From the NCBI GenBank assembly GCA_902801525.1, contig CADCIN010000001.1, positions 34,583 to 98,582 on the forward strand: DNA of 64,000 bases, read 5' to 3'. Positions 40,085 to 51,376 of the stretch are shown here, piece by piece (the first letter of the stretch is position 1; every line of letters starts with the position of its first letter). A program made the translations under genes and the position numbers. Under the pieces are notes generated by a model, which saw only the letters and a program-made list of their open reading frames with translations, had not been told where the DNA came from and did no database searches. The stretch is from an uncultured Erysipelotrichaceae bacterium. Its GTDB lineage: Bacteria > Bacillota_I > Bacilli_A > RF39 > UBA660.

Positions 40085-41740
40085 TTAGTCTACAAATACA
40101 CTTCCACCAATAAATTCTCTGACTATAGATTGTTTTTCAATAGCATCAGATGGTATTGGTAAGAATAATCTTAAGAAATTTAATAATCTCTTTGCTTCTT
40201 CATAATACTGTGAATCACTCGGTACTGAGAATAGTAATGGTTCAACATATGTTTTAAGAACTCCAATTTCATAAATAAGTGCTGAGTTAAACGTATAATC
40301 TGCTTCATCTTGATATGGGAAAATATATTTTTCTTCACCAGCTCTTACACTTGGCCAAACTCCTAAAGTTTTTTCAACATCATATCCTCTTGTTCTATTG
40401 TCTCTGATTATTCTTCTTAATAATCTATTATCCGTTGTTGATATTCTATTATGTTCATCAAGATTTAATTCTGTTAATGGTGAAATATATATTTTATATT
40501 TCTTTTCTCTTGGAATATTATTTAGAATTTTATTATCTAAGGCATGTATTCCTTCGATAACTAAGATATCATTTTCTCCTAAATATAGGTCCCTATTATA
40601 TTCTTTCTTGCCAAGGACAAAATTATACGTTGGTGCTTTAACTTTTTTACTATCTAATAAATCTGCCATTTGACTATCAAATAATTTTAAATCTAATGCT
40701 TCTAAGCATTCATAATCTGGTTTTCCATCCTCTCCAATAGGATTATCTTTTTTCTCTACAAAATAATCATCCATTGAAATTACTTGTGGGTTTAAACCAA
40801 AGCTTTGAAGATATAGACATAATTTTTTAGAAGTTGTAGTTTTACCTGACGACGATGGTCCTGCTATTAATACTATTTTAATTTTATTTTTCTTAGATGC
40901 TATTTGACTTGCTACATTTAATAGTTTATTAGCTTGAACTGTTTCATCTATTCTTATTAAATCATTTATTTTTCCTGTTGAAACACGACTATTTAAATCA
41001 GCAGAGTTCTCTACTTTAATTTTTTTTGCCCAATCACTATATTCTTCATATGTTTTAAACATATCTTCATGATGTGTATATGGAATAATTTTATCTTTAA
41101 TATAAGGAGTTGGAAATCTTAATACAAATCCTTTATTATTAATATAAGTTAGTGCAAAATCTTTTAAGTGATTTGTTGTAACTGGCATGTAGTTGTAAAA
41201 GTAATCATATAAGTTACCTAATCTATATAATGTGATATATGTATTGGTATTATACATTAGTACACGGGCTTTAACTTTATCATCAATATCTCTAAAATAT
41301 TCCATTGCTTCTAATCTATCAATAGTTACTCTTGTAATTGGAATATCTGCTGAAGATGTTTTTTTCATTTCTTTTTCAATTTCTTTTATTTTATCTTCAC
41401 TTATTTTAAAATTAGTTTCTATATATATTCCTTTATCAATAGAATGTTTAACTCTTATATTAGCATTTTGACCAAACATCTTTTTAATAACATATAATAG
41501 TAAATAAGTTAGTCCACTAATATGAGTTCTATTTCCTTCTCGAGATGTTAAATCCAAAAATTCTATTTCGCAGTTTTCTTCTACAACACTATTCAATTCT
41601 TTAATTCTATTATCAACACGTGCGATTAATATTGGATACTTATAATCATTTAAAAAGTCTTTTGATATTTCTTCTAGTGTTAGTCCTCTTGTATATTTGT
41701 AATTTTTTCCGTTTATTTTTAATGTTAATTTTTCTATCAT
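40085..41740 (-). CDS. uridine-kinase/PRK-family nucleoside kinase with N-terminal ThrRS/TGS-like domain
   Basis: P-loop IAGPSSSGKTTTSKKL plus DDYF of the uridine-kinase family; 551 aa with a long N-terminal extension. Confidence 0.65.
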   Translation of the reverse strand: MIEKLTLKINGKNYKYTRGLTLEEISKDFLNDYKYPILIARVDNRIKELNSVVEENCEIEFLDLTSREGNRTHISGLTYLLLYVIKKMFGQNANIRVKHSIDKGIYIETNFKISEDKIKEIEKEMKKTSSADIPITRVTIDRLEAMEYFRDIDDKVKARVLMYNTNTYITLYRLGNLYDYFYNYMPVTTNHLKDFALTYINNKGFVLRFPTPYIKDKIIPYTHHEDMFKTYEEYSDWAKKIKVENSADLNSRVSTGKINDLIRIDETVQANKLLNVASQIASKKNKIKIVLIAGPSSSGKTTTSKKLCLYLQSFGLNPQVISMDDYFVEKKDNPIGEDGKPDYECLEALDLKLFDSQMADLLDSKKVKAPTYNFVLGKKEYNRDLYLGENDILVIEGIHALDNKILNNIPREKKYKIYISPLTELNLDEHNRISTTDNRLLRRIIRDNRTRGYDVEKTLGVWPSVRAGEEKYIFPYQDEADYTFNSALIYEIGVLKTYVEPLLFSVPSDSQYYEEAKRLLNFLRLFLPIPSDAIEKQSIVREFIGGSVFVD

Positions 41741-41894
41741 TTTATCACCCTTTTTATTATGTATATGTTTATTGTATCACAAAATAAATAAAGATTAATA
41801 ATTTTTAAGTTATTTTACTTTACTTGTCATTTTTTGTATGTCTTTTTTTTTATAATTTAGATACTTGATAATTATAATAAATATAGGTGATGAT

Positions 41895-42464
41895 ATGAAT
41901 TTAATTCCTATTGTAGTTGAAAAAGATAATAATAGTGAGAGAAGTTATGACATTTATTCAAGACTATTAAAAACAAGAATTATATTTATTAGTGGTGAGA
42001 TTACCGATAGTCTTTCTAATATAGTTATTGCACAGCTTCTTTATTTAGATAGTTTAAGTAATGATGATATTTTTCTATATATCAACTCTCCTGGTGGGAG
42101 TGTGACTGCGGGAATGGCAATTTACGATACTATGAATCATATTAAGAGTGATGTATGTACAATTTGTTTAGGTATATGTGCAAGTATGTCTGCATTTCTT
42201 TTATCAAGTGGAGCAAGTGGTAAGAGATATGCGCTTCCAAATTCAGATGTTATGATTCATCAACCACTTGGTGGTGCTCAAGGTCAAGCTAGTGATATAA
42301 AGATAGCATCAGATAGGATTATAGAAATTAGAAACAGACTTAATAGAATATTAGCTAAAAATACTGGTAAACCACTAAATAAAATTAGAAAAGATACTGA
42401 AAGAGATAATTATCTATCTGCTAAAGAAGCTCTTTCATACGGTTTAATTGATAAAATAATTTAA
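41895..42464 (+). CDS. clpP: ATP-dependent Clp protease proteolytic subunit
   Basis: ClpP sequence with the catalytic Ser (GICASMSA), His (MIHQP) and Asp. Start is the ATG after AGGTGA (the ORF-track TTG start lies 10 codons upstream). Confidence 0.95.
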   Translation: MNLIPIVVEKDNNSERSYDIYSRLLKTRIIFISGEITDSLSNIVIAQLLYLDSLSNDDIFLYINSPGGSVTAGMAIYDTMNHIKSDVCTICLGICASMSAFLLSSGASGKRYALPNSDVMIHQPLGGAQGQASDIKIASDRIIEIRNRLNRILAKNTGKPLNKIRKDTERDNYLSAKEALSYGLIDKII

Positions 42465-42479
42465 AAGGATTAGTCTTTA

Positions 42480-43421
42480 CTAATCCTCTTTTTCTATATT
42501 ACTTAATCTTTCAGACATCTCTTTTATTTTTCTAAATCTATGATTAAGACCTGATTTAGTTATTTTCTTCCCTGTTTCTAAAGATATTATTTCACTTAAT
42601 TCTTTTAGTGATGCTTCTGGATATCTTTCACGGTACTCTAGGGCTTCTTTTGTTTTATCGTCTAATAGTGATACTCCAAGATTTTCTTTAATAATTTCTA
42701 TTTGTTTTAACTGCTGATTTGCTGATGCAAATATCTTATCAATATTTGCTTGTTCACAGTTATTTAGCCTGTTTGCTTTGTTTTTTTCTTCATGATAAAT
42801 TCTAATATTTTCAAAATATAAAACTGCTTGATTAGCTTTTAATATTTTTAGATAATCACTTATCTTTTCTGCTTCTTTCAAATACACCATATAACCTTTA
42901 TCGCGAGTTAGCATTTTAGCATTAAGTTCAAATATATTTAATAATTTTTGGATAAAGACAGCTTCTTTTGGTTTAGATATCAATAATTCCATATGATATT
43001 GTGATGTTTTTGGATCATTAACACTTCCAATACATAAAAATACACCTCTTAAATAAGATCTAATTTCTTCATTAGCACCTACTATATATGATGGTGGTGT
43101 CTCCAAATAATTATCATTATCATCTAAATATCCAATATCTTTTAAGATAAAATTTGTCTTTTCTTCTAATGAAATTTGATATAATTTTTTCTTACTAAAA
43201 TTTAAGTTATTAACAATTTCTGTTTTCATATTTACTTCATATAAGTTTTTTAGAAAATCACTTATTCTTTTTGCAGTTACTTTATTTTCTGTAGTAAGTG
43301 TTAATATATTATTATTAATTACTCCATTATTTCTTACAAATCCAGATAATTCTGCGATAGATTCTGATTTTGTCCCTTCAATTTTGGATATTTCATCTTT
43401 TATATTTGTTGTAAACGACAT
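42480..43421 (-). CDS. whiA: sporulation/cell-division regulator WhiA
   Basis: MSFTTNIKDEISKIEG... typical WhiA N-terminus and C-terminal HTH; conserved position next to yvcK. Confidence 0.85.
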   Translation of the reverse strand: MSFTTNIKDEISKIEGTKSESIAELSGFVRNNGVINNNILTLTTENKVTAKRISDFLKNLYEVNMKTEIVNNLNFSKKKLYQISLEEKTNFILKDIGYLDDNDNYLETPPSYIVGANEEIRSYLRGVFLCIGSVNDPKTSQYHMELLISKPKEAVFIQKLLNIFELNAKMLTRDKGYMVYLKEAEKISDYLKILKANQAVLYFENIRIYHEEKNKANRLNNCEQANIDKIFASANQQLKQIEIIKENLGVSLLDDKTKEALEYRERYPEASLKELSEIISLETGKKITKSGLNHRFRKIKEMSERLSNIEKED

Positions 43422-43422
43422 A

Positions 43423-44385
43423 TTAATTCCTCATAAGATAGGAAAATATTATAGAACTTAGTTTTATACTATTATGTCTTATTATATTATCTTCTATTGT
43501 TATAAGATCATCTTCTATTAGTTCTACTTCTAGTTCAGCAATTTTTGCATAATCAATATTTACCAAATCTTTTTGTTCTTCTGTAGAATATTTTTTTATT
43601 ATTTTTTCATCTATTTTTGTATTGCTTGCTATTACTGCATTTACTTTTCTTGGATAAATATATTTGTTTATGAGTTCCACATGATCTCCTACTGTAAAAT
43701 TATCTGTCTCTCCTGGTTGTGTAACTGCATTACATAAATATATAATTGGTGCATTTGTTTTTTCAAGAGAGGTTTTAACTTCTTTACAAATAATATTTGG
43801 AAGTATACTTGTATATAAGCTTCCCATACTAAACAGTATTAAGTCTGCAGACATAGTTGCATCTATTACTTCTTTTATTACTTTTGGTTCTTCTTTATAA
43901 AATAATTTTTCAACTTTTCTATGGGCTTTTGTAATCTCACACTCACCCTCTATTATATTTCCATTTTTATCTTTTGCCATTAGTGTTAGGTTACTATCTT
44001 CAGAAATAGGTAATACTGTTTGCTTAACATCTAGTAGTTTGCTTAATGCACCTATGGAATCTTTTAATGATCCAGTTATATCAAGCATAGCTGTTAATAT
44101 TAAATTACCTACTGCGTGTCCATCTAAATCACTATTTGTATTAAAACGATATTCCATAAGTCTTTTTATTGGATTATCTATTTCAGATAGTGATGTTATT
44201 ACTTTTCTTATATCTCCCACTGCAGGAGTTTTAAATTCTTTTCTTAGTTTTCCTGTTGATGAACCATTATCAGATACTGTAATCACAGCTGTTATATCTA
44301 GTGGGAATTTTTTTAAACCTTTAAGTAGATATGAAAGTCCTGTTCCTCCACCAAAAACTACAACTTTTTTATTCATAATAACCAC
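43423..44385 (-). CDS. yvcK: YvcK/GNG-factor (CofD-like, UPF0052) protein
   Basis: VVVFGGGTGLSYLLKGLK...VITVSDNGSSTGKLR. Confidence 0.85.
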   Translation of the reverse strand: MVIMNKKVVVFGGGTGLSYLLKGLKKFPLDITAVITVSDNGSSTGKLRKEFKTPAVGDIRKVITSLSEIDNPIKRLMEYRFNTNSDLDGHAVGNLILTAMLDITGSLKDSIGALSKLLDVKQTVLPISEDSNLTLMAKDKNGNIIEGECEITKAHRKVEKLFYKEEPKVIKEVIDATMSADLILFSMGSLYTSILPNIICKEVKTSLEKTNAPIIYLCNAVTQPGETDNFTVGDHVELINKYIYPRKVNAVIASNTKIDEKIIKKYSTEEQKDLVNIDYAKIAELEVELIEDDLITIEDNIIRHNSIKLSSIIFSYLMRN

Positions 44386-45181
44386 CTACTTTTTTGTTAT
44401 ATCTGTTATAGGGTACTTTATTTTTTCTATTATATAAGAATACAAAATATAGCCCTGCGAATATAAATATCATTGATACAAGTTTTGCTATTTTAAGTGG
44501 TCCAAGCATTAGACTATCAGTTCTAAGACCTTCAATGATAAATCTAGCTAATCCATACCATATTAAATAGAATCCTAATAATTGGCCTATTTTTATTTTC
44601 CTTAATCTTCTTATTACTATTAAGATTATAAATCCAAATATATTCCAAACTGATTCATATAGAAAAGTTGGCTGCCTGTATGAACCCATAATATACATTC
44701 CATCTATTATAAACTTTGGTATTCCTTGTTTTTGAAGTGCAGCAAGTGTTGTTATATTACCATATGCTTCTCCATTAAAGAAATTCCCCCATCTACCAAT
44801 TGCTTGACCTATTATTAGACCAACTACAATTATATCAAGCATTTTTACTGTAGATACCTTATTTGATTTTGTATAAATTATTGTAGTTAGTAGACCAGCT
44901 AGTATTCCTCCATGGATAGCCAGTCCACCATTCCATATTTGAAATATTTCAATTGGATTTGATAAATAATATGGAATATTAAATAATACATAATATAAAC
45001 GTGCTCCAATAATACCAAATAACAAAGAATTAAATATTAAATTTATTAAAAATTCTTCATTTATATTATTTATTTTTGACTCTTTATATATCACTATACA
45101 GGATGTTATTATACCTAAGAAAATAAATACTGAATACCAATATATTTGTAAAAATCCTAAATCAAGTGCTACTCTATCCAT
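44369..45181 (-). CDS. lgt: prolipoprotein diacylglyceryl transferase
   Basis: Lgt signature GRWGNFFNGEAYG and the multi-TM layout. Confidence 0.85.
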   Translation of the reverse strand: MDRVALDLGFLQIYWYSVFIFLGIITSCIVIYKESKINNINEEFLINLIFNSLLFGIIGARLYYVLFNIPYYLSNPIEIFQIWNGGLAIHGGILAGLLTTIIYTKSNKVSTVKMLDIIVVGLIIGQAIGRWGNFFNGEAYGNITTLAALQKQGIPKFIIDGMYIMGSYRQPTFLYESVWNIFGFIILIVIRRLRKIKIGQLLGFYLIWYGLARFIIEGLRTDSLMLGPLKIAKLVSMIFIFAGLYFVFLYNRKNKVPYNRYNKKVGGYYE

Positions 45182-45602
45182 TCTTTTTTACCTTTCTTAT
45201 TATTGGATTAATTATAAATTCATCAATTACCAAGTTTATTCCTGATATTAGAAGTGCAACTAATACGCCTATCCAAAATCTTTTAATATCAAAATGACTT
45301 CTCATTATCCAATCTGTTAATTTTAATATAAAGTAATTTATAAATGGATAAAATAATCCAAGAGTCATCCCTGTTATCGGTATTGTTAGTTTAACAAATA
45401 TAGGTTTTACTGTAATATTCAATAAATAAATAATTAGGACAATTAGAACGGAATATAATAAATAGTTGTTTTTATCTATATAAACACTTTTAAAGCATGT
45501 TGTTACTAACATAAAAATAATTAAGTAACAAATCATGTATATAAACCATTCTAATATTCTATTTAGTCTAAATTTATTCTTTTCTTTAATAATAAGATGC
45601 AC
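45174..45602 (-). CDS. YvlD/DUF360 (phage-holin-4-like) membrane protein
   Basis: 4-TM small protein with PITGMTLGLF...GINLVIDEF resembling PF04020. Confidence 0.5.
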   Translation of the reverse strand: MHLIIKEKNKFRLNRILEWFIYMICYLIIFMLVTTCFKSVYIDKNNYLLYSVLIVLIIYLLNITVKPIFVKLTIPITGMTLGLFYPFINYFILKLTDWIMRSHFDIKRFWIGVLVALLISGINLVIDEFIINPIIRKVKKNG

Positions 45603-45613
45603 TTTAATCCCTC

Positions 45614-48427
45614 CTATAGGATCTTTTTAAGAAACATTCCTGTATATGAATTTTTCTCTTTAGCAATTTCTTCAGGGGTTCCGGTTGCGACTACTTGTCC
45701 TCCACCATCTCCTCCTTCAGGTCCAAGATCTACGATATAGTCTGCTACTTTTACAACATCTAAGTTGTGTTCAATGACTAATACTGTATCTCCATTATCT
45801 ACTATTTTTTGTAAAATTGCAAGTAAGCGTTTAATGTCATCTACGTGTAATCCTGTTGTTGGTTCATCAAGTACAAATAATGTTTTTCCTGTTGCTCTTT
45901 TTTGAAGTTCTTTAGCAAGTTTAACTCTTTCTGCTTCTCCTCCAGATAATGTTGGTGCACTTTGTCCTAATTTAATATATCCTAGTCCTACATCTTCTAG
46001 AACTTGTAATTTATTTTTTATTTTAGGAACATTTTCAAAGAATTTTAATGCTTCACTTACTCTCATATCTAATACTTCAGCAATATTTTTATCTTTATAT
46101 TTAATATTTAGTGTTTCTCTATTATATCTAGTTCCATGACATACTTCACATGGTACATAAACATCTGGTAAGAAATGCATTTCGATTTTCTTAACTCCAT
46201 CTCCACGACAAGCTTCACATCTTCCACCTTTTACATTAAATGAGAATCTGTTCTTTTCAAAACCATGCATTTTAGCTCCTTTTGTTGTTGTGAAAAGTGT
46301 TCGTATATCATCAAAGACACCTGTATATGTTGCAGGATTTGATCTTGGTGTTCTTCCAATTGGATTTTGTGAAATATCTACTAACTTATCAATATTTTCT
46401 AATCCAGTTATTTTTTTATGTTTACCAGGTTTTTCTTTAGATCTATATAATTTGTTAGATATTTCTTTACAAAGTATTTCATTTATTAAAGTGGATTTTC
46501 CGCTTCCTGATACGCCTGTAATACAAGTAAATGCTCCAAGTGGTATTTTTACATCTATATTTTTAAGATTATGTTCTTCTGCTCCAATTATTTTTATTGA
46601 TTTTTTATTACCTTTTTTTCTTTTTTTAGGAACTTCTATACATTTTTTGCCACTTAAGTATTGTCCAGTTAAACTATTTTCGTTTTCCATTACTTCTTTT
46701 GGCGTTCCTTTAGCTACTATTGTTCCGCCATTATCTCCAGCTCCAGGACCAACATCTACTAAATAGTCACATGCAAGCATTGTATCAGTATCATGTTCTA
46801 CTACTATTAGTGTGTTTCCTAAATTTCTCATTTCAAGCATTGAGTTAATTAATTTTTCATTATCTCTTTGATGAAGTCCAATACTTGGTTCATCTAATAC
46901 ATAAAGTACTCCTGTTAAGTGAGATCCTATTTGAGTTGCAAGTCTAATTCTTTGAGCTTCTCCTCCTGATAAAGTTCCTGCACTTCTATTTAATGTTAAA
47001 TATTCAAGTCCAACATTAGCTAAGAAATTCAAACGATCTTTAATTTCTTTAATAACTAACTTAGCAATTTCCTTCTTTTCTTCTGATAACTGTAGTTGTT
47101 CAAAGAAAGGTATTAACTGTTTAATACTCATTTCAGTTACTTCATGTATATTTTTGTCTCCTAGTTTTACTGATAATACATCTTCATTTAATCTGGCTCC
47201 ATAACATGTTTCACAAGTATGTTCAATCATGTATCTTTCTAACCATTCTCTTATCCATGTAGAACTTGTCTCTAAATATCTTCTTTCTAATGTATTAATA
47301 ATTCCTTCATAGAAGTCATTTGAATTATACTTATTACCACTTTTTGATGAGTATGAAAAATGTATTACTTCATCTGAACCATAAAGAATTATTTCTTGTT
47401 GACGTCTTGTTAGTTTTTTCCATGGTTTTATCATATCTATTTTATAGTGTTTACATACACAGCTTAATTTTTTGTAATCTAATCCTTCTTGATCATCAGT
47501 TAATGTTTTTATACATCCATCATTTATAGATAAGTCTTTTTCTGGAATTAGTAAATCTTCATCTATTTTTAATTTAACACCTAGTCCTTTACAATCTGGA
47601 CATGCTCCATATGGTGCATTAAAACTAAACATACGTGGTTCAAGTTCAGGAAGTGAAAATTCACAGTATGGACATGCAAAGTTTTCTGACATTACTATTT
47701 CTTTTTTATTGCCTCCTAGTATTTGAAAAATTACTTTTCCTTTTGATAATTTTGTAGCAAGTTCTATTGCTTCAGATAGTCTTGTTCTTGATTCTTCTTT
47801 GAGAACAATTCTATCTATAATAACATCTATCTTATCTTTTTTATTTTTTTCAAGTTCAATATTTTCACTTAAATCATACATCTCACCATTTATACGTACT
47901 CTGATAAATCCTTCTTTACGTAGATCTTCTAATAGATCTTTATGAGTACCTTTTTCGCCATGTACTACTGGAGACATAATTATTAATTTAGTTCCTAGTG
48001 GATATGTTAATATCTTGTTAGTCATTTCTTCAATACTTTGTGAAGATATTGGTATATGATGATTTGGACAATATGGTACTCCTACACGTGCAAATACTAA
48101 TCTTAAATAATCATATATCTCTGTAACTGTTCCAACTGTTGATCTTGGATTATTATTAGTTGTCTTTTGATCTATACTAATAGCTGGCGATAAACCTTCT
48201 ATTGAATCAACATCCGGTTTTTCACTTCCCCCTAGAAATTGTCTTGCGTATGCAGATAAACTTTCAACATATCGTCTTTGTCCTTCTGCGTATATTGTAT
48301 CAAATGCTAATGAAGATTTTCCACTTCCAGATACACCTGTCATTACAATCATTTTATTTTTTGGGAGTTCAATATCAACATTTTTTAGATTATTTTCTCT
48401 TGCACCTTTAATTATTATTTTATCCAT
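45614..48427 (-). CDS. uvrA: excinuclease ABC subunit A
   Basis: 937 aa, two ABC modules, zinc fingers, MDKIIIKGARENNLKNVD start. Confidence 0.95.
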   Translation of the reverse strand: MDKIIIKGARENNLKNVDIELPKNKMIVMTGVSGSGKSSLAFDTIYAEGQRRYVESLSAYARQFLGGSEKPDVDSIEGLSPAISIDQKTTNNNPRSTVGTVTEIYDYLRLVFARVGVPYCPNHHIPISSQSIEEMTNKILTYPLGTKLIIMSPVVHGEKGTHKDLLEDLRKEGFIRVRINGEMYDLSENIELEKNKKDKIDVIIDRIVLKEESRTRLSEAIELATKLSKGKVIFQILGGNKKEIVMSENFACPYCEFSLPELEPRMFSFNAPYGACPDCKGLGVKLKIDEDLLIPEKDLSINDGCIKTLTDDQEGLDYKKLSCVCKHYKIDMIKPWKKLTRRQQEIILYGSDEVIHFSYSSKSGNKYNSNDFYEGIINTLERRYLETSSTWIREWLERYMIEHTCETCYGARLNEDVLSVKLGDKNIHEVTEMSIKQLIPFFEQLQLSEEKKEIAKLVIKEIKDRLNFLANVGLEYLTLNRSAGTLSGGEAQRIRLATQIGSHLTGVLYVLDEPSIGLHQRDNEKLINSMLEMRNLGNTLIVVEHDTDTMLACDYLVDVGPGAGDNGGTIVAKGTPKEVMENENSLTGQYLSGKKCIEVPKKRKKGNKKSIKIIGAEEHNLKNIDVKIPLGAFTCITGVSGSGKSTLINEILCKEISNKLYRSKEKPGKHKKITGLENIDKLVDISQNPIGRTPRSNPATYTGVFDDIRTLFTTTKGAKMHGFEKNRFSFNVKGGRCEACRGDGVKKIEMHFLPDVYVPCEVCHGTRYNRETLNIKYKDKNIAEVLDMRVSEALKFFENVPKIKNKLQVLEDVGLGYIKLGQSAPTLSGGEAERVKLAKELQKRATGKTLFVLDEPTTGLHVDDIKRLLAILQKIVDNGDTVLVIEHNLDVVKVADYIVDLGPEGGDGGGQVVATGTPEEIAKEKNSYTGMFLKKIL

Positions 48428-48469
48428 GTTTCATCACCTGCTAATTAGTTTACCACAAATATTATTTTT

Positions 48470-48503
48470 TTAATACAAAAATATCCACAGTTTTTGTGGA
48501 TAT
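48470..48503 (-). terminator. terminator-like palindrome ATATCCACAG-TTTT-TGTGGATAT plus U-run, immediately downstream of the radical-SAM gene
   Basis: Perfect 9-bp inverted repeat read directly; the same element recurs at 53574-53596. Confidence 0.6.
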
Positions 48504-49340
48504 TTAATTTAACTTTTCTTTGAATTTACATGACTTGCATAATTCTTCTATAGGTTTTCTATCTTGAAATGATTTTTTTAACTCTTGGTACTTTTTACTA
48601 TTTATTATTTGATCTAAATCTTCTTTAAAAATATTGCTAAGTTCAACACATCCATTTGAATCTAAACAACAAGGTACTACTGTTCCATCTACTAATATAG
48701 CTATTTGTGTCTTTAGTGCATAGCAATATCCTTCACTTTTGTAATTTGATATTTCAGGCCACTCAAATTCATTATCTTTATCTATATAAATTCTATCTGA
48801 TATTTTTATATTGTTACTTAAATATATTTTATCAATAGTTTCTTTATCTAAATGATAATAGTTTTTTATTTTATTCACAATTTCCGTGGATTTTTCATCT
48901 AACTTATTATTATTCATAGTCCATAATCTATAAATAATTGTTGTATCTTTAGATAAATTATTGACATTTTCAAAAATATTTTCAAGGTAGCTGTTCAAGT
49001 TATTTTCACTGTGAAGTTAAAAGTTTATCTTTTTTAATGAATTGCATTTGCCAAGTTTTTTGGATAAAATTTTAAATATTGTTCCATTAGTAGTTATATT
49101 TACTTTTAAATTGTATTTTTCTGTGAGTTTTAACATTTCTATTAGTTGTGGATGAAGTAATGGTTCACCCTTTACATGAAGATAAATATAATCAGTATAA
49201 TCTTTTACTTTTTTTAATATAATTTCAAATTCTTCTTTACTCATAAATTTACGAGGTCTTGTTACTTTGCTACAGAAGTTACAATTTAAATTACAATTAT
49301 TTATAATTTCTATATATATTTTTTTATATGTTTTTCTCAT
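48504..49340 (-). pseudogene. radical SAM / SPASM-like Cys-rich protein interrupted by a single in-frame TAA (49017-49019)
   Basis: The upstream ORF has CNLNCNFC (CxxxCxxC). After the in-frame TAA, the downstream ORF in the same frame carries a C-rich C-terminal cluster (CCLDSNGC...CKSCKFKEK). Together they make about 272 aa. Confidence 0.55.
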
Positions 49341-51286
49341 TGTGACTTCATCTCAAATAATATATCACGTAATTCCATTGCTCTTTCAAAATCAAGTTTC
49401 TTAGCAGCTTCACGCATCTCTTGTTCAACTGATTCAATTGTTCTTTCAATTTCTTTTTTACTTGGTTTCTTTGTACTTTGTGTTTTTGAATTATCTATAT
49501 TACTTACTACTTCTCTTATTTCTTTATTAATTGTTTTTGGAATTATATTATGTTCTTTATTATATTCTTCTTGTATTTTACGTCTTCTTGATGTTTCATC
49601 AATTGCTTTTTGCATTGAATCTGTAATTTTATCTCCATACATGATGACTTTACCATTTGCATTTCTTGCGCATCTTCCAATTGTTTGAATTAAACTTCTT
49701 GTACTTCTTAGGAATCCTTCTTTATCTGCATCTAAAATAGCAATTAAAGATACTTCTGGAATATCGATACCTTCTCGTAATAAGTTTATTCCTACTACAA
49801 CATCATATTTTCCTATTCTTAAATCATGTATTATTTGTAATCTTTCTAATGTTTTAATTTCGGAATGAAGATATGCAACTTTTATATCTAAATCTTTTAA
49901 ATAATTAGTTAACTCTTCTGACATTCTAATTGTTAGTGTTGTTACTAATACTCTTTCATCTTTTGCAATTCTATCTTTTATTTCTCCAACTAAATCGTCT
50001 ATTTGCCCCATACTTTTTCTAACTTCAATTATTGGATCAAGCAATCCTGTAGGTCTAATAATTTGTTGTACATATTCATTATTTGTGTGTTCTAGTTCCA
50101 TGTCACCAGGTGTTGCTGAAACATAAATTGCCTGATTTATTTTCTTTTCAAATTCTTCAAATTTTAATGGTCTATTATCTAAGGCACTTGGAAGTCTAAA
50201 ACCATAATCTACAAGATTCATTTTTCTTGCTCTATCTCCATTATACATTGCTCTAACTTGGGGCAATGTAACGTGTGATTCATCTACTACTAACAAGAAA
50301 TCTTTCGGAAAGAAATCTATCAAAGTTGTTGGTGTCTCGCCAGGCTTTCTTCCTGCCATAGGTGCTGAATAGTTCTCTATTCCTGAGCAAAAACCTGTTT
50401 CTTGTAACATCTCTAAATCATAATTTGTTCTTTGTTCTAGGCGTTCTGCAGCTACTAACTTATTTTGATCATGTAACTGTTTTAATCTATCTTTTAGTTC
50501 TGTTTTAATACGAACAATTGCAGCTTTTAACTTCTCATCTCCTACAACGAAATGACTTGCAGGGAATATAGAAATACTCTTCTTATGTTCAATTATAGCA
50601 CCTGTTAGGGTATCAATTTGATTAATTCTATCTATTTCATCTCCAAAAAATTCTATTCGGTAGCCTCTAGTATTTTCATAAGCAGGAATGATTTCTATAA
50701 CATCTCCTCTTACTCTAAATGTACCCCTTTTAAAATCATAATCATTTCTTTCATAAAGCATTTCTACCAGTTTTGTAAGTACTTGTTCTTTTTCTATTTC
50801 ATCTCCTATTGTTAGCGTTAGCATTTTATTTTTATATTCTTCAACTTCACCTATACCATATATACAAGATACACTGGCAACTACTATTACATCGTTTCTA
50901 GATAATAGCGAACTTGTTGCAGCATGTCTTAATTCGTCTATTTCATCGTTAATTGAGGAGTCTTTTTCTATATATGTATCAGTAGATGGTACATACGCTT
51001 CTGGCTGATAGTAATCATAGTATGAAACAAAGTATTCTACTCTATTTTCAGGGAATAATTCTTTAAACTCTGAGTATAACTGACCAGCTAGTGTCTTATT
51101 ATGAGCTAATACAAGAGTTGGTTTATTTACTTCTTTAATGACATTAGCAATTGTAAATGTTTTACCTGTTCCTGTTGCACCTAAAAGTACTTGTTCTTTC
51201 TTGCCAGAATTAATTCCTTCAACTAGTTCTTTTATTGCTTCAGGTTGATCTCCACTAGGTTTAAATTTTGATACTAAGTTAAACAT
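49337..51286 (-). CDS. uvrB: excinuclease ABC subunit B
   Basis: UvrB sequence. Start is [15 protein letters not shown] after AAAGGAGGAG (the ORF-track start lies 12 codons upstream). Confidence 0.95.
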   Translation of the reverse strand: MFNLVSKFKPSGDQPEAIKELVEGINSGKKEQVLLGATGTGKTFTIANVIKEVNKPTLVLAHNKTLAGQLYSEFKELFPENRVEYFVSYYDYYQPEAYVPSTDTYIEKDSSINDEIDELRHAATSSLLSRNDVIVVASVSCIYGIGEVEEYKNKMLTLTIGDEIEKEQVLTKLVEMLYERNDYDFKRGTFRVRGDVIEIIPAYENTRGYRIEFFGDEIDRINQIDTLTGAIIEHKKSISIFPASHFVVGDEKLKAAIVRIKTELKDRLKQLHDQNKLVAAERLEQRTNYDLEMLQETGFCSGIENYSAPMAGRKPGETPTTLIDFFPKDFLLVVDESHVTLPQVRAMYNGDRARKMNLVDYGFRLPSALDNRPLKFEEFEKKINQAIYVSATPGDMELEHTNNEYVQQIIRPTGLLDPIIEVRKSMGQIDDLVGEIKDRIAKDERVLVTTLTIRMSEELTNYLKDLDIKVAYLHSEIKTLERLQIIHDLRIGKYDVVVGINLLREGIDIPEVSLIAILDADKEGFLRSTRSLIQTIGRCARNANGKVIMYGDKITDSMQKAIDETSRRRKIQEEYNKEHNIIPKTINKEIREVVSNIDNSKTQSTKKPSKKEIERTIESVEQEMREAAKKLDFERAMELRDILFEMKSQ

Positions 51287-51376
51287 AGAACTCCTCCTTT
51301 TCAAATATATATATTTTACCATCTTTTTTTATTTTTAACAATTTTTTAATTTATATAAAAAAAGGATAAGTTTAAC

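Noticed and set aside
41821-41864. Possible CtsR operator upstream of clpP (TTGTCATTTTTTGTATGTC)
   Set aside because: Only a loose resemblance to the GGTCAAA-NAN-GGTCAAA heptad repeat; not convincing enough to call.
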